Positions 63,108-64,000 of a DNA stretch of 64,000 nt are shown in pieces (positions within the stretch are counted from its first letter, which is position 1; each line of letters begins with the position of its first letter). The notes under the pieces were generated by a model. That model saw only the letters and a program-made list of their open reading frames with translations. It made no database searches and had not been told where the DNA came from. A program made the translations under genes and the position numbers. This DNA comes from Vicugna vicugna (lineage: Eukaryota). The stretch covers positions 3,856,419 through 3,920,418 of the forward strand of contig MU058198.1 of NCBI GenBank assembly GCA_013265495.1, in the 5' to 3' direction.

Positions 63108-63280
63108 GGCATGCTTGCAGGAAGAGAGGAGCCAAATAAGAGCTATTCTTCATTGGTGCGGGGTAGGGGGGCAGTGCACTTTGCACAGGCTCCGAGAGCA
63201 CTGGGAGGAGAAAATGGAAGGACATTTGAATATTTTGAATATTGATTATTGAATGTTTTGAATATCAGATAGTGTGAGCA

Positions 63281-63439
63281 GGGGCAGGGAGGGTATAACT
63301 CAGTGGTAGAGCACATGCTCAGCATGCCTGAGGTCCTGGGTTCAATCCCCAGTACCTCCATTAAAAATAAATAAATGAATACCTAATTACTTCCCATCCC
63401 CCCCAACAAACAAACAAAAATAAATTTAAAAAAAAAAAA
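63281..63439 (+). mobile_element. tRNA-Ala-derived SINE, long-tail type
   Basis: gggagggtataactcagtggtagag...gggttcaatccccagtacctcca plus tail acctaattacttccc...(aaac)n-polyA. Confidence 0.9.
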
Positions 63440-64000
63440 GCATGAGCAATCAATGTCACCTCTGCCAGCAGTGACTCCTGGATTGCTTGTGGTGCACGCC
63501 AGCACTTCACCCTTCCAAACAGCTTCCCCCTTCAGGCTCTAGTCACTCAAGGGGGTAGAGTTACCATCATAGGAGCTCATGCTTACCTGACATTGCTAGG
63601 TGCCAGGTCGTAGTCTAGCACCATACACATATTGCATCATTTAATCCTCCCAGTAATAGTCCCATTTTACCGAGGAGGAAACTGAGGCAAGAGAGGGTAT
63701 GTGACTGCCCAGACTTCATCCCCGCTACAGGCTCAAAGTGCTGGGAAGCCAGGCCCTTGCCCGCACCCTCACACACAGCGAATTTTATAGGAGAGTGCAG
63801 ACTAGTAACACTTTATTTTGTTTGACGCTTGAGAGTCGTTGCATGCAAATTACACACATACATCAAATTATCTCATCGGATCTTTAAAAGCACCCCACGT
63901 AGGGTAGGAATTATGATCCATATTTTGGCAGGTGAGGAAATAGAGGCTCGAGGAGAGTGTCTTAGGTGCTGAAGAAAAGAGCCTGCATTTATAGCCAAGC

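Overview
Mammalian genomic DNA carrying the 3' part of CACNG3 (TARP gamma-3, an AMPA-receptor auxiliary subunit of the claudin/PMP22 superfamily) on the + strand. Bases 1-50780 are the distal >50 kb of intron 1 (exon 1 lies upstream of the window). Coding exons are at 50781-50864, 56631-56771 and 61276-61787 (stop), followed by a ~0.5 kb 3' UTR with an ATTAAA signal at 62291. The rest is typical eutherian intron: MIR, L2, L1, one CR1/L3 fossil, hAT DNA-transposon fossils (Charlie1-, MER5-, MER20-, MER58-, MER91-like), MaLR LTRs, and nine copies of a young tRNA-Ala-derived SINE. That SINE, with no recognisable Alu/B1/Bov-tA/PRE1/SINEC, suggests a camelid genome (inference). A 109-N assembly gap is at 46021-46129. 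I found no convincing novel protein-coding or defence-type system. The best leads are non-coding: a perfect RFX X-box within a cluster of three inverted repeats next to a candidate poison exon (37.86-38.13 kb), a 29-bp hairpin downstream of exon 3, and a head-to-head inverted SINE pair in intron 2. Repeat subfamily names and boundaries were assigned by eye and are approximate.
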